A stretch of 63,890 bases of DNA, the filler included, from an uncultured Methanosarcinales archaeon (GTDB taxonomy: Archaea; Nanobdellota; Nanobdellia; Woesearchaeales; BS150m-G63), in assembly GCA_964630685.1 (NCBI GenBank). It is 5 parts of 5 records of this genome, joined end to end, with 100 filler letters (N's around TTAATTAATTAA, not from the genome) between each part and the next. Parts side by side here need not be neighbours in the genome. Positions count along the whole stretch, not along the records: positions 1 to 19,775 come from CAZVVW010000015.1; positions 19,876 to 33,216 come from CAZVVW010000017.1; 3 more parts are not named here. One strand, written 5' to 3'. The notes under the pieces were generated by a model. The model saw only the letters and a program-made list of their open reading frames with translations, was not told the DNA's origin and made no database searches. The number at the start of each line of letters is the position of its first letter. Positions within the stretch are counted from its first letter, which is position 1. The translations under genes were made by a program, and so were the position numbers. Shown here in pieces: positions 10,313-25,292 of this stretch.

Positions 10313-10708
10313 TTAAGTTATACTGTATGACTTTTTATATATTTCGCATCCTTTTGGAAAAACAAAGAATTCGTCTGTGATTTGGATTGTTTCTGTAATT
10401 GTTTGGATTGAGTCTGGCTCTAAACTCAGATTTATAGGTATCTCCCCTGTAGAAGTTTTAAGAATTATTGATTGTAATGTGTTGCTTACTTTTCTATTGT
10501 ATAGATTAAACGATAATGAATTGTTTGCGTAATTTATGTTGTTTACTTCAAACATATATTCCATACATTCTATTGTAGATTCTGTAGTCCTATCTGCATA
10601 ACTTGTTCCACCAGCATAAGCTTGGTAAAGCCACAAGAATAAATATATTACTGCAAATAAAAAAATTACAGAAATAAAAATAAGAATAATATTTTTTTGG
10701 GATGCCAT
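10313..10708 (-). CDS. Membrane-anchored pilus accessory protein
   Basis: Likely start MASQKN at 10708, overlapping the upstream stop; N-terminal TM; pilin-like globular domain. Confidence 0.65.
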   Translation of the reverse strand: MASQKNIILIFISVIFLFAVIYLFLWLYQAYAGGTSYADRTTESTIECMEYMFEVNNINYANNSLSFNLYNRKVSNTLQSIILKTSTGEIPINLSLEPDSIQTITETIQITDEFFVFPKGCEIYKKSYSIT

Positions 10709-11229
10709 CAGCCGAATAATGGACAGGTTTTTACATTTTGAGCTGAGAAAGTAACACCATGATCTCCACATAACACATCTACGTTTTTCATTTCTATGTA
10801 AGGAGTTAATTTAAGTTGTTTAAAATTTCCATATTGGGTGTTGTTATATGTAAAACTAAATTTATCCCCAACACCTTTTAGTAATGATGAGTTAAGATCA
10901 TGTTCATAGATTCCACTTGAACCAATAATTCTTGCGTTAAAATTTTCCAGATCTAGCTCCCCTGTATTTTCTGCCATAAATTCTATCGTGGTGTTAGAAC
11001 TACTTGTATTAATACAAACCATAGGCATTTCATCAACTTCTATGATATTATAATCAACATCAAAACCACATTTTAATTCTTGGGTAGAAGTTGTAGCTGC
11101 GTCTTCAACTGAACCGCCAACATAATCTCTTACCCAATTAGCAATAACAGCTCCAATAGTAACAGCAATAACGACGAGTAGAACAGCAGCAATGAACGGC
11201 GAAACCGCCTTTTTATTTAGTTTCCTCAT
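10708..11229 (-). CDS. Archaeal type IV pilin
   Basis: KKA|VSPFIAAVLLVVIAV; AGGTGAT SD upstream. Confidence 0.9.
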   Translation of the reverse strand: MRKLNKKAVSPFIAAVLLVVIAVTIGAVIANWVRDYVGGSVEDAATTSTQELKCGFDVDYNIIEVDEMPMVCINTSSSNTTIEFMAENTGELDLENFNARIIGSSGIYEHDLNSSLLKGVGDKFSFTYNNTQYGNFKQLKLTPYIEMKNVDVLCGDHGVTFSAQNVKTCPLFG

Positions 11230-11308
11230 TAAATCACCTTTTTTTGAGTATGATTTATTATCAATACGTCTTGTTATTTAAATATTTTGCTATTAATTTA
11301 ATGTTTAA

Positions 11309-11827
11309 TTAAGTTATTAAAGGACAATTTAACATTGCTTCTTTAGGGATTGTTAGGTGAATGTTTTTACATTCAAATGCTTCTTTATTTTTTACATTTA
11401 TGATTGGGCTTATCTTTACTTGAATTAATTCCCCAGTTATATTTCCATAAGTATAATTGTAACTAAATGTATCATCTACTGCTAAAGTTGTGTTTAATTT
11501 AGTAGAATTTACTCCTCGGTTACCTATTAATCCTAATTTAAACATCAAGTCTATATTTCCTTTGTTCTCTAAAGTGAAATAAATAGTGTTGTTTGAAGAA
11601 TTTTGTGTAAAATTATCACAAATTTGCACTTTATTATCTATTATACTTATATCAAAAAAAACTTCATTAATACATTTAAATGGGCCAGTAGTTTTTTCCT
11701 CAGCATAAGCCATATTTTGATCTACATAACTTTTTATCCAAGTAGCCATTAAAGAACCAATAGTAACTACAATCATGACTAATAAGACTGTTGCTATTAA
11801 CGGAGAGACTGCTTTTTTTAGTCGCAT
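11309..11827 (-). CDS. Archaeal type IV pilin
   Basis: KKA|VSPLIATVLLVMIVV. Confidence 0.9.
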   Translation of the reverse strand: MRLKKAVSPLIATVLLVMIVVTIGSLMATWIKSYVDQNMAYAEEKTTGPFKCINEVFFDISIIDNKVQICDNFTQNSSNNTIYFTLENKGNIDLMFKLGLIGNRGVNSTKLNTTLAVDDTFSYNYTYGNITGELIQVKISPIINVKNKEAFECKNIHLTIPKEAMLNCPLIT

Positions 11828-12348
11828 ATGTCGATGTCCTCTACAATAAGAGATCCTTTAGAACAAAGAGTTTTACCTGTTGTACCTTTCACATCAACAT
11901 AAGGTTTAAAGATAACTTGCTGGAGATCATTTCCAACTGTTTCATTATAGTAGGTTAAATTGTCTTCTGAATAAATTGCTCCGACAGTTATTGCTTCAGC
12001 ATTAAAAGTTAAGATGTTTTCTGCACCCAAATCACCTATTACTGAAACTGCGATTCCCTCTATATTTATTGTTCCCCTGTTTTCAATCATGAACTCTAAT
12101 GATGCATTAACTGTAGAATTTGCTTCATTATAACAGATCTTTTTATCTCCACCTATTTTAAGTAATTCTAAATCAACATCTAAACTACATTTAGTTTCTA
12201 CTTCTGATTTTTCTTCTGTATCAAGAGTTTGACCTTCTATGTAACCTTTACCCCAATTCATAACAACTGCTCCAAGAGCAACAGCAAATGCTATAAGCAA
12301 TACTGTTGCAATCAATGGGGAAACTGCTCTTTTGTTCATTTTGTTCAC
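11818..12348 (-). CDS. Archaeal type IV pilin
   Basis: KRA|VSPLIATVLLIAFAVALG. Confidence 0.9.
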   Translation of the reverse strand: MNKMNKRAVSPLIATVLLIAFAVALGAVVMNWGKGYIEGQTLDTEEKSEVETKCSLDVDLELLKIGGDKKICYNEANSTVNASLEFMIENRGTINIEGIAVSVIGDLGAENILTFNAEAITVGAIYSEDNLTYYNETVGNDLQQVIFKPYVDVKGTTGKTLCSKGSLIVEDIDICD

Positions 12349-12636
12349 CTACTTTTTTAACTTTTTAATTAAATCATCTAAATTTTGGGTTTCTAATTTC
12401 ATCATGTTGATGTAGGGGATTATCCCTATGATTAAAACACAAAGACCCATAAACACTAAAACATTTAGTATATTTTTTGAGATATAATTGTTTACCAATC
12501 CAATTACACCTATAAAAATAAATGAAAAGTAAAGAAGAATGCTTTTATTGAGCACTAAAATTGATTTTTCCCTGTTGAGTCTTGATTTTTCTATCTCTAA
12601 ATCAATCACCTTTTTTTCAGTGTCTGTTAATCTCAT
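12349..12636 (-). CDS. Small two-TM membrane protein
   Basis: Two hydrophobic helices; abuts pilin gene. Confidence 0.7.
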   Translation of the reverse strand: MRLTDTEKKVIDLEIEKSRLNREKSILVLNKSILLYFSFIFIGVIGLVNNYISKNILNVLVFMGLCVLIIGIIPYINMMKLETQNLDDLIKKLKK

Positions 12637-12658
12637 TCTACCTCTTTTTTGTTCTTAA

Positions 12659-13195
12659 TCAGCATTCGTTGATGCTTTCTGTGTATGCTATTTTTTCTCT
12701 GCATACAACTTCATAATCATCTTTGAATATAATTGGAATCACTTCAGCTCTTTTTAGTGTTCCTTGTTTTAATATTTTTAATCTTTCGCTTTTTCCAGGC
12801 TTTAATTTTAGTGTTTGCTCTTTTGTTTCTACGTTGACATCATGAATGTCAAAAAACCTGAAAATTAATTTATCTACTGCTATATCATTAGTGTTGGTTA
12901 TATTTATATATAAAACTTGTGTATCTGTTGTATCTTGACATACATAATCTATGTTTAAGCCTATATGTGCGCATTCTGTTGTGTCATAAGTTCTTTTCTG
13001 GAGCTCAACTGATTTTTCTTCTGTGTAGGATGTTATCCATTCAAACATAAGTGCGCTTAAGGCTATAACAAATGCCATTAGTAAAACCCATGACACCCAT
13101 ATATGTATTGCTCTTTTGTTCATTTTGGGGAATAAAGGAAAAGATATTTTAAAACTTTTCTTAAATTTTCTGGTTTTATATTTTGTAAGTTTCAT
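12659..13195 (-). CDS. Pilin-like protein (true start probably 13123)
   Basis: MNKRA|IHIWVSWVLLMAFVIALS. Confidence 0.75.
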   Translation of the reverse strand: MKLTKYKTRKFKKSFKISFPLFPKMNKRAIHIWVSWVLLMAFVIALSALMFEWITSYTEEKSVELQKRTYDTTECAHIGLNIDYVCQDTTDTQVLYINITNTNDIAVDKLIFRFFDIHDVNVETKEQTLKLKPGKSERLKILKQGTLKRAEVIPIIFKDDYEVVCREKIAYTESINEC

Positions 13196-13250
13196 TTTAT
13201 TTTGTTTTTATTTTATTTTAACTTCTTAAATATTTTTAAATTTTTATTTC

Positions 13251-14021
13251 TTATCCTTGAACTGGTATAATATTATGGATGGGCAATTCATCAGGATCTA
13301 TATCACAACTGCCTGTTCCCGTAGGATGAAATCCCCTCTTACAAAGACAATTTGAATTACAACGGATAGATTCTCCGTCACATTCTTCAGCTGGAGAGTC
13401 CCATTGACCATTTCCACATTGAGTGCAATCTACAGAAGGAGGGGTTGTGACCACATAATCAGTTTTACATTGACAAGAAGAATTGCACCCTAATCCCCCA
13501 TCACATTCTTCTCCAAAATTCCAAATTTCATTATTACAATCTTCTTCAGGTGTTTCTCTATATATGTGTGAATCAATCCTAGTGATTATTTCTCCTGTTT
13601 TAGTGTATTTGATATTTGAAATTATTTTTTGATAAGTAATTATAATTTCTTGTTTGAATTTTTTATCTTTTGGTCCTGTTGAACATTCAAAATTACTAAA
13701 TTTTAGTTGTTTCCCCTCTAACATACTTGAATTTCCAAGATTGCAACCATTTACAGATACATTTATTAAAAGTAAATCTGCGCCCATTCCATTTCTGATT
13801 ACTAATTCTATTGAACCATTTGATTCCCCTGGTGCTGTTTCTGCCGAAACTTTAAAATCATCACAAGAAAATCCTGCAGGTAGAATACATCTTTCAGGTA
13901 AAAATCTAGAATAATCAAATACTCCTAAATAAGATAATGCCCCTATAGCAATTAGAACAACTAGAATTGCCCATCCATAAGTCATTAGAAACTCCATAGA
14001 TGCCTGCCCTTTTTTATTCAT
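13251..14021 (-). CDS. Pilin-like protein with Cys-rich C-terminal repeats
   Basis: MNKKG|QASMEFLMTYGWAIL (start 14021); CxNxxW...EECDG repeats. Confidence 0.8.
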   Translation of the reverse strand: MNKKGQASMEFLMTYGWAILVVLIAIGALSYLGVFDYSRFLPERCILPAGFSCDDFKVSAETAPGESNGSIELVIRNGMGADLLLINVSVNGCNLGNSSMLEGKQLKFSNFECSTGPKDKKFKQEIIITYQKIISNIKYTKTGEIITRIDSHIYRETPEEDCNNEIWNFGEECDGGLGCNSSCQCKTDYVVTTPPSVDCTQCGNGQWDSPAEECDGESIRCNSNCLCKRGFHPTGTGSCDIDPDELPIHNIIPVQG

Positions 14022-14088
14022 TTTTTTAAAACAAAAAGTTGGGGAATATGTCTCCATTTGTTTTTTTCCTCTTTTTTTCATTTTTGTT

Positions 14089-14613
14089 TTAATTATTTTT
14101 GAAGATTGCAATGTCTTGTGCTTTTTTTGCAACCATTAATGATTTTATTTGATACTGTTCTGATGATATATCAAAAGTGTAATTTATATTGTTGTAGTTT
14201 AGAGTTATAATATTTGTGGTGGGTATTGTGCTGTTTTGATTTACTGCTAAAATGTGGGTATTTGTTGTTGTTATTGTTGCTGAAGAGTCTAAATGATTCA
14301 TAAGGAACGCGTTGTCGTTATCTATCAAAATATAAAACACCCCTAAATTTATGTTTTTGGTTTTTGAGTAATCTATGAACTCTGAAGTGAAGTTTTCAAA
14401 TCTTGATTCTATGTCTTTGTTAGTGTATATTGCATTGTTTAGCACTTTTTGTCCTTCAATTATATAATTATCTTTTAATTCTTTAAATGTTTCAGAAGGT
14501 TCGTTTGCAATAACCTTTGAATTTGCATAAATCGTAAAAGCGTAAGCACTAAGTAAAATCGCTGTGAATATGTAAAATTGTGCGTGTTTATTCATTTTAT
14601 TTATTTTTTTCAT
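14089..14613 (-). CDS. Pilin-like protein
   Basis: MNKHA|QFYIFTAILL class III-like leader. Confidence 0.65.
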   Translation of the reverse strand: MKKINKMNKHAQFYIFTAILLSAYAFTIYANSKVIANEPSETFKELKDNYIIEGQKVLNNAIYTNKDIESRFENFTSEFIDYSKTKNINLGVFYILIDNDNAFLMNHLDSSATITTTNTHILAVNQNSTIPTTNIITLNYNNINYTFDISSEQYQIKSLMVAKKAQDIAIFKNN

Positions 14614-17600
14614 TATGCTAAACTCACTGAAATATTTACTTTTCCTTCAGCTGTTAAACCATTATTTTTGATTATTAGGTTATATCTTCCTGATTGAGCT
14701 ACATCTCCTTCAACATCGCCGATGATGATTATATCATCATAATCTAACAAGGTGTTGATTGAGTGGATCTTTCCAATCTGGTAGCCAAATGCAGGTGTGA
14801 TTAAATCTGTAAATTCTTTTTTCTTGAGATATTTCTCTGTTCGTGTTATACTTGCATTGGGTTTTGTGGCAAAAATATATGATGCTCCATCTTCTATGTT
14901 TGATGTTAATGTCAACTCATCATTAGTATAATCATCTGGTGTTGTTTGGGAACTTTCTGAGCCAAAACCAACTGTATAATTATCTGAATTGTAATATATG
15001 GTTCTAGTGCCTGTTGATTGATCTGTATTAATATCTGTTTCTGTGTAGGTCATTTGAAGGGATAATTGGCTCACATCAATCTCTTGTGTAGTACTTCCTT
15101 GATCTACTGTGAGATTTAACTCATAAGTTCCATTTTCCATAGGGGCTTTAAATGAAATAGTATAATTTCCAGCCCCATTATCCACAACAGCAATATCTTC
15201 TACTTCTGTACTATTTAGGAAAACATAGAATTCTGATTTTGGAATTTCTCCAAATTGGGGTGTTGTTTCTATTTCTACATCTATCTGTTGATTGGTATAA
15301 ATTATTGTTGGATAAGATTGAAGAGTCACATCAATTAAACTAAATTCAGAATTATAAGTAACTGTCCCTACATCTGTTTTAACTATTTCATTTCCAGATG
15401 GGTCTGTACAATTGATATAGTAACTAAAATCATCGGAAATTGAAATTCTTGCTTCATGGTATGTGGAATGAGTGTAAGTATAATTGTAATAAGTTGTACC
15501 AGCATCTAAAGAATAAGCACATATAGCTTGCTCATCTGTTTTTACCACAAGAATAGGATCTGTTGAAGCAATCTCCCCTATTGATTTTGGTTTCCAGAAA
15601 GTTATTGTTGGTGCTGTTACATCTGATCCTAATGCTGTTTCTGAACTCCAAATGCTCCATGTTCCTGCACCGTTTTGAGCTTTTACTTTTGCGGTGTATA
15701 AACCATCTGAAACAAGAATACTATAATTAGTAAATGTTGTGTTTATGTTATTTACTTCATCTGTGGTATTTTCAATCACTAGATTATATTTTAATATTCC
15801 AGATGTATCTGTTATTGTGTTCCACTCAAAAGTTATATTACATGTAGAGCCTGTTGTGCAGTTTTGTGTTGGGCTTTCAAGAGTCGGTGCTGTTGGAGGG
15901 GTTGAGTCTACTAAAATATGATAATGAGAAGTGTTGCCCCAGTTTCCTGCATTGTCTTTTGCTTTAACATGGAAATTATATGCACCATCTCCAATTGATG
16001 AATATGTTTTGTCCCAGATTAATGATCTTCCTAAATCATCTTTTACCACACTAATTGCAAATTCTGTTATGTTTGTATGATTTCTGCATTTAGGGGTTAT
16101 TCCAGTTTCGTTACTGAAGCAAGCATAAGCCTGTGTGGTGTTATCAATTGTTTGATTAGTTGATGCTAAAAGTAATGAGTTGGTGTTTATTGATGAATTA
16201 TCTCCTGAAATAACTATAAAGAAATTTCCATCTGTAATGTTTTCTGTTATTGTTATATTTGCATAATAAGTGTCTACTGAGGTTATTGGGTTTTGAGTTA
16301 TATCTATGGAGAATGTTTCTATGTTACTTATTATTGTGGTTGTGTCATTGTATTCTGTTGGTGAACTATTTAGTGCATAAACAAAATAATCCATTTCTTC
16401 TGTTGTTGAAGTGTTATTTTCTGCTAATTCAAGGCTAATCTCTAAAATATCTTCATCCGTGAGATTTTGTTTTAACTCAATTGCTACAGAAGCTGCAACA
16501 GCTGTTGCATTGTTAAATAAGGTTATGTTTTGTCCAGTGTTTGTTCCGGTGTGTAATGTGATGTCATCAATCTCATATTCTGGAATATCGTCTGGTGTTG
16601 TGTCAATTGTTGTATCTAAAATATAACTATATTTACTGATTCCTGAGATTGAATCTTCTGCTGTCCAGTTGAAAAATGGATTATTGTCATAAGACCATGT
16701 TTGGTTTATGTAGGAATTGTTTGTGTAATTATAATCTGATAAATTGATTGTGCTGTTTATGAAAGTGATTGTAGGGAGAATTGTGTCTAAAATTATTCCA
16801 TCTGAGATTGCGCTTGCGTTTAAGCCAGCTGAATTGATTACTGTTACATTGAGATAGTAAGTCTTGTTATTTTCTAAATATAAGCCTATAAGGTTGAGCT
16901 CTTCTGCTTCTCCTGCATTTAGTAATCCTGTAAGATTGGTTGTTTCATTCCATAATTGGTATTTGTAGATTAATGGGAAATGTAAGAATTCTGATTCTGG
17001 GTCTGATGCATTAGTCCAAGTGAAATAAAGTGAGCTGTTATCTATTGTATAGTTTCCTTGGTCTGTAATTGTTGGCGGAAGGGGTGGAGTGATATCCAAA
17101 CCAGCTCCTGTTTTGTTTAAGTAAATAGTATCATTGCTCTGTTTAATATTTCCTGCTGAATCTCTTACTTCATAATACACTGTTTTTAATCCATCTTCTT
17201 GTTGAAGTAGCCATGCTTTAGTTGCACTACAAGATTCCCAAGCTGTCCAATCACTCTCACCATTTGAGTAACGACATTTATCAATTGGATAAGTATCTAA
17301 ATAATTTAATTCTAAAATCACTGCTCTTGATGCTGTGAATTCGTTACTTATGTTTTCAAATCCTGTTTCTCCCAGATTGTAAATTGTGATAGAGCTGTTT
17401 GGTTGGGTGTTGTCTAAAGTGATTGTGATATTAAAATCAAGAGTTGTATAACCCACTGCAGTTCCATTAAGAGTTACATCTCCTGTGTAAGTGTTGTTTG
17501 TAACTGTTAAGGTGTTGCTGTAACTTCCTGTCTGTCCTATAGGGTCAAGGGTTAATGTTCCTTGCGCACTATTTAAAAGAGAAACATCTAATTCTACAGG

Positions 17601-19775
17601 AGTTAATTCTGGGTCATTTGCACGAAGAATAAATTCTATGCTTGAACCATTTTTAACATAAGTTTGATTTGTAGTAAGGTATCCTGTAACCACTCCTTCT
17701 GTTGTGTTTACCCTTAATATTATAGTTTCAGAATAACTGTACCTATTGTACTTCATATCTCTTAATTTTAAAGTGTGTATTCCTTTAGACCACATATCTA
17801 ATTCAGTTAGATTAACATATCCAAACCATGTGTCGCTTATGTTATGGGTAATTGTAACATTATTATCTGAATATTCTAATCCATCTAATTTCCAAGAAAC
17901 ATTATGATCTCCAGTGGTATTAAAATCAACTTCTAAATAAGTATCTCCTTCGTTTATAATGTGGTTATTCAATGATTCGTTTATTGTTAGTATACCTGTC
18001 AATTCTACAAGATCAAATAAAACTATTGCAGAACTCGACATTGCATTTGTTCCTAAAGCATCATCTGCACATCTTATGTAGTAAACGTTTATCTGATCAG
18101 ACAGATTATTTGGTGAATTTACTTCATGGTAAATTCCATCTACTGTGGTGAAATTATTTGTTGAAAGCATATTTAGGAAAGATTGGTCTATCACAGAATA
18201 TCTACATACAGCTGATTCGCTTGTGTTAATAAATAGTTTGATTGGGTCTGTAGTATCTGACCCTGAATGAGTTACAATAGGTGCAGTGTCATCTACATTG
18301 AATTGTTGAGTGTTGGTAGTTTCTGTATTTCCTGCTAAATCCTGACAAGCGAAATAAATGATGTAATCACCTTCTGAATCAACGATTACTGTTGCTTCAT
18401 GAATATTTTCAGCGTCATTAGTCTCTGTCATTATGTAACCCATGTTTTCATAGATTACACTTTGATTAATAGAATAACGACAAGTGGATTCTTCTGAGGC
18501 GTTTATACTTATACTAAATGAACGAGATGTCTGGTTTGCTGAAGGTGTTGGATTAGTTAGTGTTGGAGCTATTGAGTCTATATGTATTGTGAAATTGTCT
18601 GACCAATCGCCTGTGTTTCCTGCTTTATCTACTGCCAATACGCTCCAATTGTAATTTCCTACCAATAGTGTTTTTGTTACTGCGCTTTGATTGACTGTTA
18701 GATTATCTGTGGAATTCCACCTAAAAATATAATAATCTATTTCTGGAAGAGCAGACCATCCAAAAGTATTTGTGGTTTGGTTTGTGTAAGTGTTGTTAGT
18801 TGGGACTAACAGTGTTGGAGTTTCTGGATTAATTGTATCAATAGTTGTTAAAACCACTGCAGAATCAACTGTGTTTCCTGCATTGTCATAAGTTCTTACC
18901 TTGAAATATATTTTTCCTTCTGAAAGAAGGGTTGCAGTATAATTCGTATCTGTTGTGTTTAGTAATGAATTGTAATTTATTTCGTCTGTCGAGTTAAGTA
19001 CTTCATATTTTTGGATGCCATTTGAATCTGAACCTGGATTGTCTGTCCAGTTAAGAATTAATGAATTAGTTTGAATATATTCTAATAATGCTGATGGTTG
19101 TGCACCATTATCAACTCCTGTTGCTGTTGTGATGTTTTCTTGGTCTGACCAACTTCCAGTATTTTCTGCGTTATCTACTGCCCTGACTCTTGCAAAATAT
19201 TGCTGATCTACAATAAACTGGGAAATATAGTAAGTGTTGTTAGTTGTGTCTGAGTAGATGGTGTGTGTTGAGTTAGTTATCTCTATTTGATACTCTTGAA
19301 TATCTGAATCTGTTGAGCTCCAGTTCCACCTTACAAGACCTGTGGTACTATAAGTGCCTGGATTCTGTAAGGTGGGTGCAACTGGAACTGCTGTGTCTAC
19401 ACTAAGCGTGAAATAATCTGAGAAGCCAACTGTGTTTCCTGCTGAATCTGTTGCTTTGACTCTCCAAGTGTAATTATCATCATCTAATGCTGAATGTAAA
19501 TAAGATGAGGTGTTTAGAGTTGTGTTTGTGATTGTGTCACTTGTTGAATTTAATATTTCTAAAGTATAATTATTTGTGTCTGTTGAAGCGCTCCAAACAA
19601 ATAATGGTGTATTGTCATTGGTTTGAGAGTTGTTTGTTGGTGAAATTAACACTGGAATTTGAGGAGATATTGAATCTACTTCAAAAAGAATTAAAGCAGA
19701 ACTTGTCATTGTGTTTCCAGAGCTGTCGTTACATCTGATGTAGTAAGTGTTTAGTCCTTGTGTTGAAGTTGGTGT
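14613..19775 (-). CDS. Giant Ig-like/fibronectin-III repeat surface protein (5' end lost in gap)
   Basis: >1700 aa; repeated YxWRVxAxDxAGN and DTxxP motifs; many N-x-S/T sequons; frame open to the gap. Confidence 0.85.
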   Translation of the reverse strand, partial: TPTSTQGLNTYYIRCNDSSGNTMTSSALILFEVDSISPQIPVLISPTNNSQTNDNTPLFVWSASTDTNNYTLEILNSTSDTITNTTLNTSSYLHSALDDDNYTWRVKATDSAGNTVGFSDYFTLSVDTAVPVAPTLQNPGTYSTTGLVRWNWSSTDSDIQEYQIEITNSTHTIYSDTTNNTYYISQFIVDQQYFARVRAVDNAENTGSWSDQENITTATGVDNGAQPSALLEYIQTNSLILNWTDNPGSDSNGIQKYEVLNSTDEINYNSLLNTTDTNYTATLLSEGKIYFKVRTYDNAGNTVDSAVVLTTIDTINPETPTLLVPTNNTYTNQTTNTFGWSALPEIDYYIFRWNSTDNLTVNQSAVTKTLLVGNYNWSVLAVDKAGNTGDWSDNFTIHIDSIAPTLTNPTPSANQTSRSFSISINASEESTCRYSINQSVIYENMGYIMTETNDAENIHEATVIVDSEGDYIIYFACQDLAGNTETTNTQQFNVDDTAPIVTHSGSDTTDPIKLFINTSESAVCRYSVIDQSFLNMLSTNNFTTVDGIYHEVNSPNNLSDQINVYYIRCADDALGTNAMSSSAIVLFDLVELTGILTINESLNNHIINEGDTYLEVDFNTTGDHNVSWKLDGLEYSDNNVTITHNISDTWFGYVNLTELDMWSKGIHTLKLRDMKYNRYSYSETIILRVNTTEGVVTGYLTTNQTYVKNGSSIEFILRANDPELTPVELDVSLLNSAQGTLTLDPIGQTGSYSNTLTVTNNTYTGDVTLNGTAVGYTTLDFNITITLDNTQPNSSITIYNLGETGFENISNEFTASRAVILELNYLDTYPIDKCRYSNGESDWTAWESCSATKAWLLQQEDGLKTVYYEVRDSAGNIKQSNDTIYLNKTGAGLDITPPLPPTITDQGNYTIDNSSLYFTWTNASDPESEFLHFPLIYKYQLWNETTNLTGLLNAGEAEELNLIGLYLENNKTYYLNVTVINSAGLNASAISDGIILDTILPTITFINSTINLSDYNYTNNSYINQTWSYDNNPFFNWTAEDSISGISKYSYILDTTIDTTPDDIPEYEIDDITLHTGTNTGQNITLFNNATAVAASVAIELKQNLTDEDILEISLELAENNTSTTEEMDYFVYALNSSPTEYNDTTTIISNIETFSIDITQNPITSVDTYYANITITENITDGNFFIVISGDNSSINTNSLLLASTNQTIDNTTQAYACFSNETGITPKCRNHTNITEFAISVVKDDLGRSLIWDKTYSSIGDGAYNFHVKAKDNAGNWGNTSHYHILVDSTPPTAPTLESPTQNCTTGSTCNITFEWNTITDTSGILKYNLVIENTTDEVNNINTTFTNYSILVSDGLYTAKVKAQNGAGTWSIWSSETALGSDVTAPTITFWKPKSIGEIASTDPILVVKTDEQAICAYSLDAGTTYYNYTYTHSTYHEARISISDDFSYYINCTDPSGNEIVKTDVGTVTYNSEFSLIDVTLQSYPTIIYTNQQIDVEIETTPQFGEIPKSEFYVFLNSTEVEDIAVVDNGAGNYTISFKAPMENGTYELNLTVDQGSTTQEIDVSQLSLQMTYTETDINTDQSTGTRTIYYNSDNYTVGFGSESSQTTPDDYTNDELTLTSNIEDGASYIFATKPNASITRTEKYLKKKEFTDLITPAFGYQIGKIHSINTLLDYDDIIIIGDVEGDVAQSGRYNLIIKNNGLTAEGKVNISVSLA

Positions 19776-19875
19776 NNNNNNNNNNNNNNNNNNNNNNNNN
19801 NNNNNNNNNNNNNNNNNNNTTAATTAATTAANNNNNNNNNNNNNNNNNNNNNNNNNNNNNNNNNNNNNNNNNNNN
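19776..19875. other. Artificial contig linker
   Basis: N-run, TTAATTAATTAA, N-run; 100 nt; same at 33217-33316, 46641-46740, 59235-59334. Confidence 0.98.
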
Positions 19876-21244
<1,369 letters not shown>

Positions 21245-21391
21245 TTTTTCTTTTAATAAACTGAAAGAAAATTTTACAGAAGAATTTATTTTTCTGGTGA
21301 TTGCTTTAATTTATTAAAGAATATCACACTTGTCGAATCTAACAAACAACACTTTTTTTATTCATTTTTATTGGGCTAGAAATATATTCAC

Positions 21392-21463
21392 GGGCCCGTA
21401 GCTCAGCGGTAGAGCATCGCCCTTGCAAGGCGGAGGCCTCGGGTTCAAATCCCGACGGGTCCA
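21392..21463 (+). tRNA. tRNA-Ala(TGC)
   Basis: Cloverleaf; GGGCCCG/CGGGTCC acceptor with G3:U70; anticodon loop CTTGCAA; GTTCAAATC T-loop. Confidence 0.97.
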
Positions 21464-21574
21464 TTTCTACCCATTCATAATCATTTAATATATGATACAT
21501 ATCCTGTTGTAACTCAATAGGATATTTAGGTTAGTTAATTTATATTGACTTTGCTTAATTATATTAACCATGAT

Positions 21575-24500
<2,926 letters not shown>

Positions 24501-24752
24501 TTTTTTATTTTTTAAATTCTTATTATTTGAAAAATAAATAATTATTAGATAGTAGTCTATAATTCATTAAAAATGAGATTATAGACGATAGTCTATACTT
24601 TTAAGGAGAAATTTGGCCAAAAGATTTATAAATAAGTATTCTTTAATCATTTTATATTGATTTTTACATGTTATTATAATTTTTACAAAATTATTGCAAA
24701 TTCTATTAAGATATAGGAAAATATAACATAAAGATTAGTAGGAGGTACTAGA

Positions 24753-25028
24753 ATGAGTTATGAAAATATAAATAAATATGAAGAAGATTTAATAGAACTA
24801 AGAAAAAGAGATTTTTCCGGAACAATGTACGATCAGAATAAAAGTAATGAGATATCTAAACTTATTAAAAAAACATTTTCTCAAATACAAGAATCTGCTG
24901 ATTATATTGAAAAAAAATATTTTAATAAAACTGATGAACCTACATACTTAAATGGTGCAGGAGAAATTATTAAAAATATTATTTCAGGAAAATCAATAAA
25001 ATCTAATTTAGAACTTAAATTAGATTAA
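24753..25028 (+). CDS. Hypothetical protein
   Basis: 91-aa ORF with strong AGGAGGT SD. Confidence 0.65.
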   Translation: MSYENINKYEEDLIELRKRDFSGTMYDQNKSNEISKLIKKTFSQIQESADYIEKKYFNKTDEPTYLNGAGEIIKNIISGKSIKSNLELKLD

Positions 25029-25043
25029 TTTTTTCTTTTTTAT

Positions 25044-25292
25044 TTATTTTAGTTTCTCTTCTAAACTATTTTTCCAATTATTAAATAAGGTTTGTTCTCT
25101 TTTATATTTTCTTTGTTCAGATTTTTTAGTTAATATATACCCCTTAGTTCTTCTATAATAATCTTTTTGTTCTTTCCGAATCTTTGAACGATTTTGTTGA
25201 TAATATTCTTTATTGTATTCTTTTTTATGTTCTTTATTTTTTAAGTACCACTCCTTGCAATACTCTTTATTATATTCCATTTTAACTTTCAA
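25044..25292 (-). CDS. Small basic protein with YNKEY-type repeats
   Basis: EYNKEYCKEWYLKNKEHKKEYNKEYYQQN; overlaps upstream gene end. Confidence 0.55.
   Translation of the reverse strand: MKVKMEYNKEYCKEWYLKNKEHKKEYNKEYYQQNRSKIRKEQKDYYRRTKGYILTKKSEQRKYKREQTLFNNWKNSLEEKLK

Noticed and set aside
19776..19875. Recurring TTAATTAATTAA palindrome within N-runs (four times)
   Set aside because: Artificial six-frame-stop contig linker; ORFs running into X residues are artefacts
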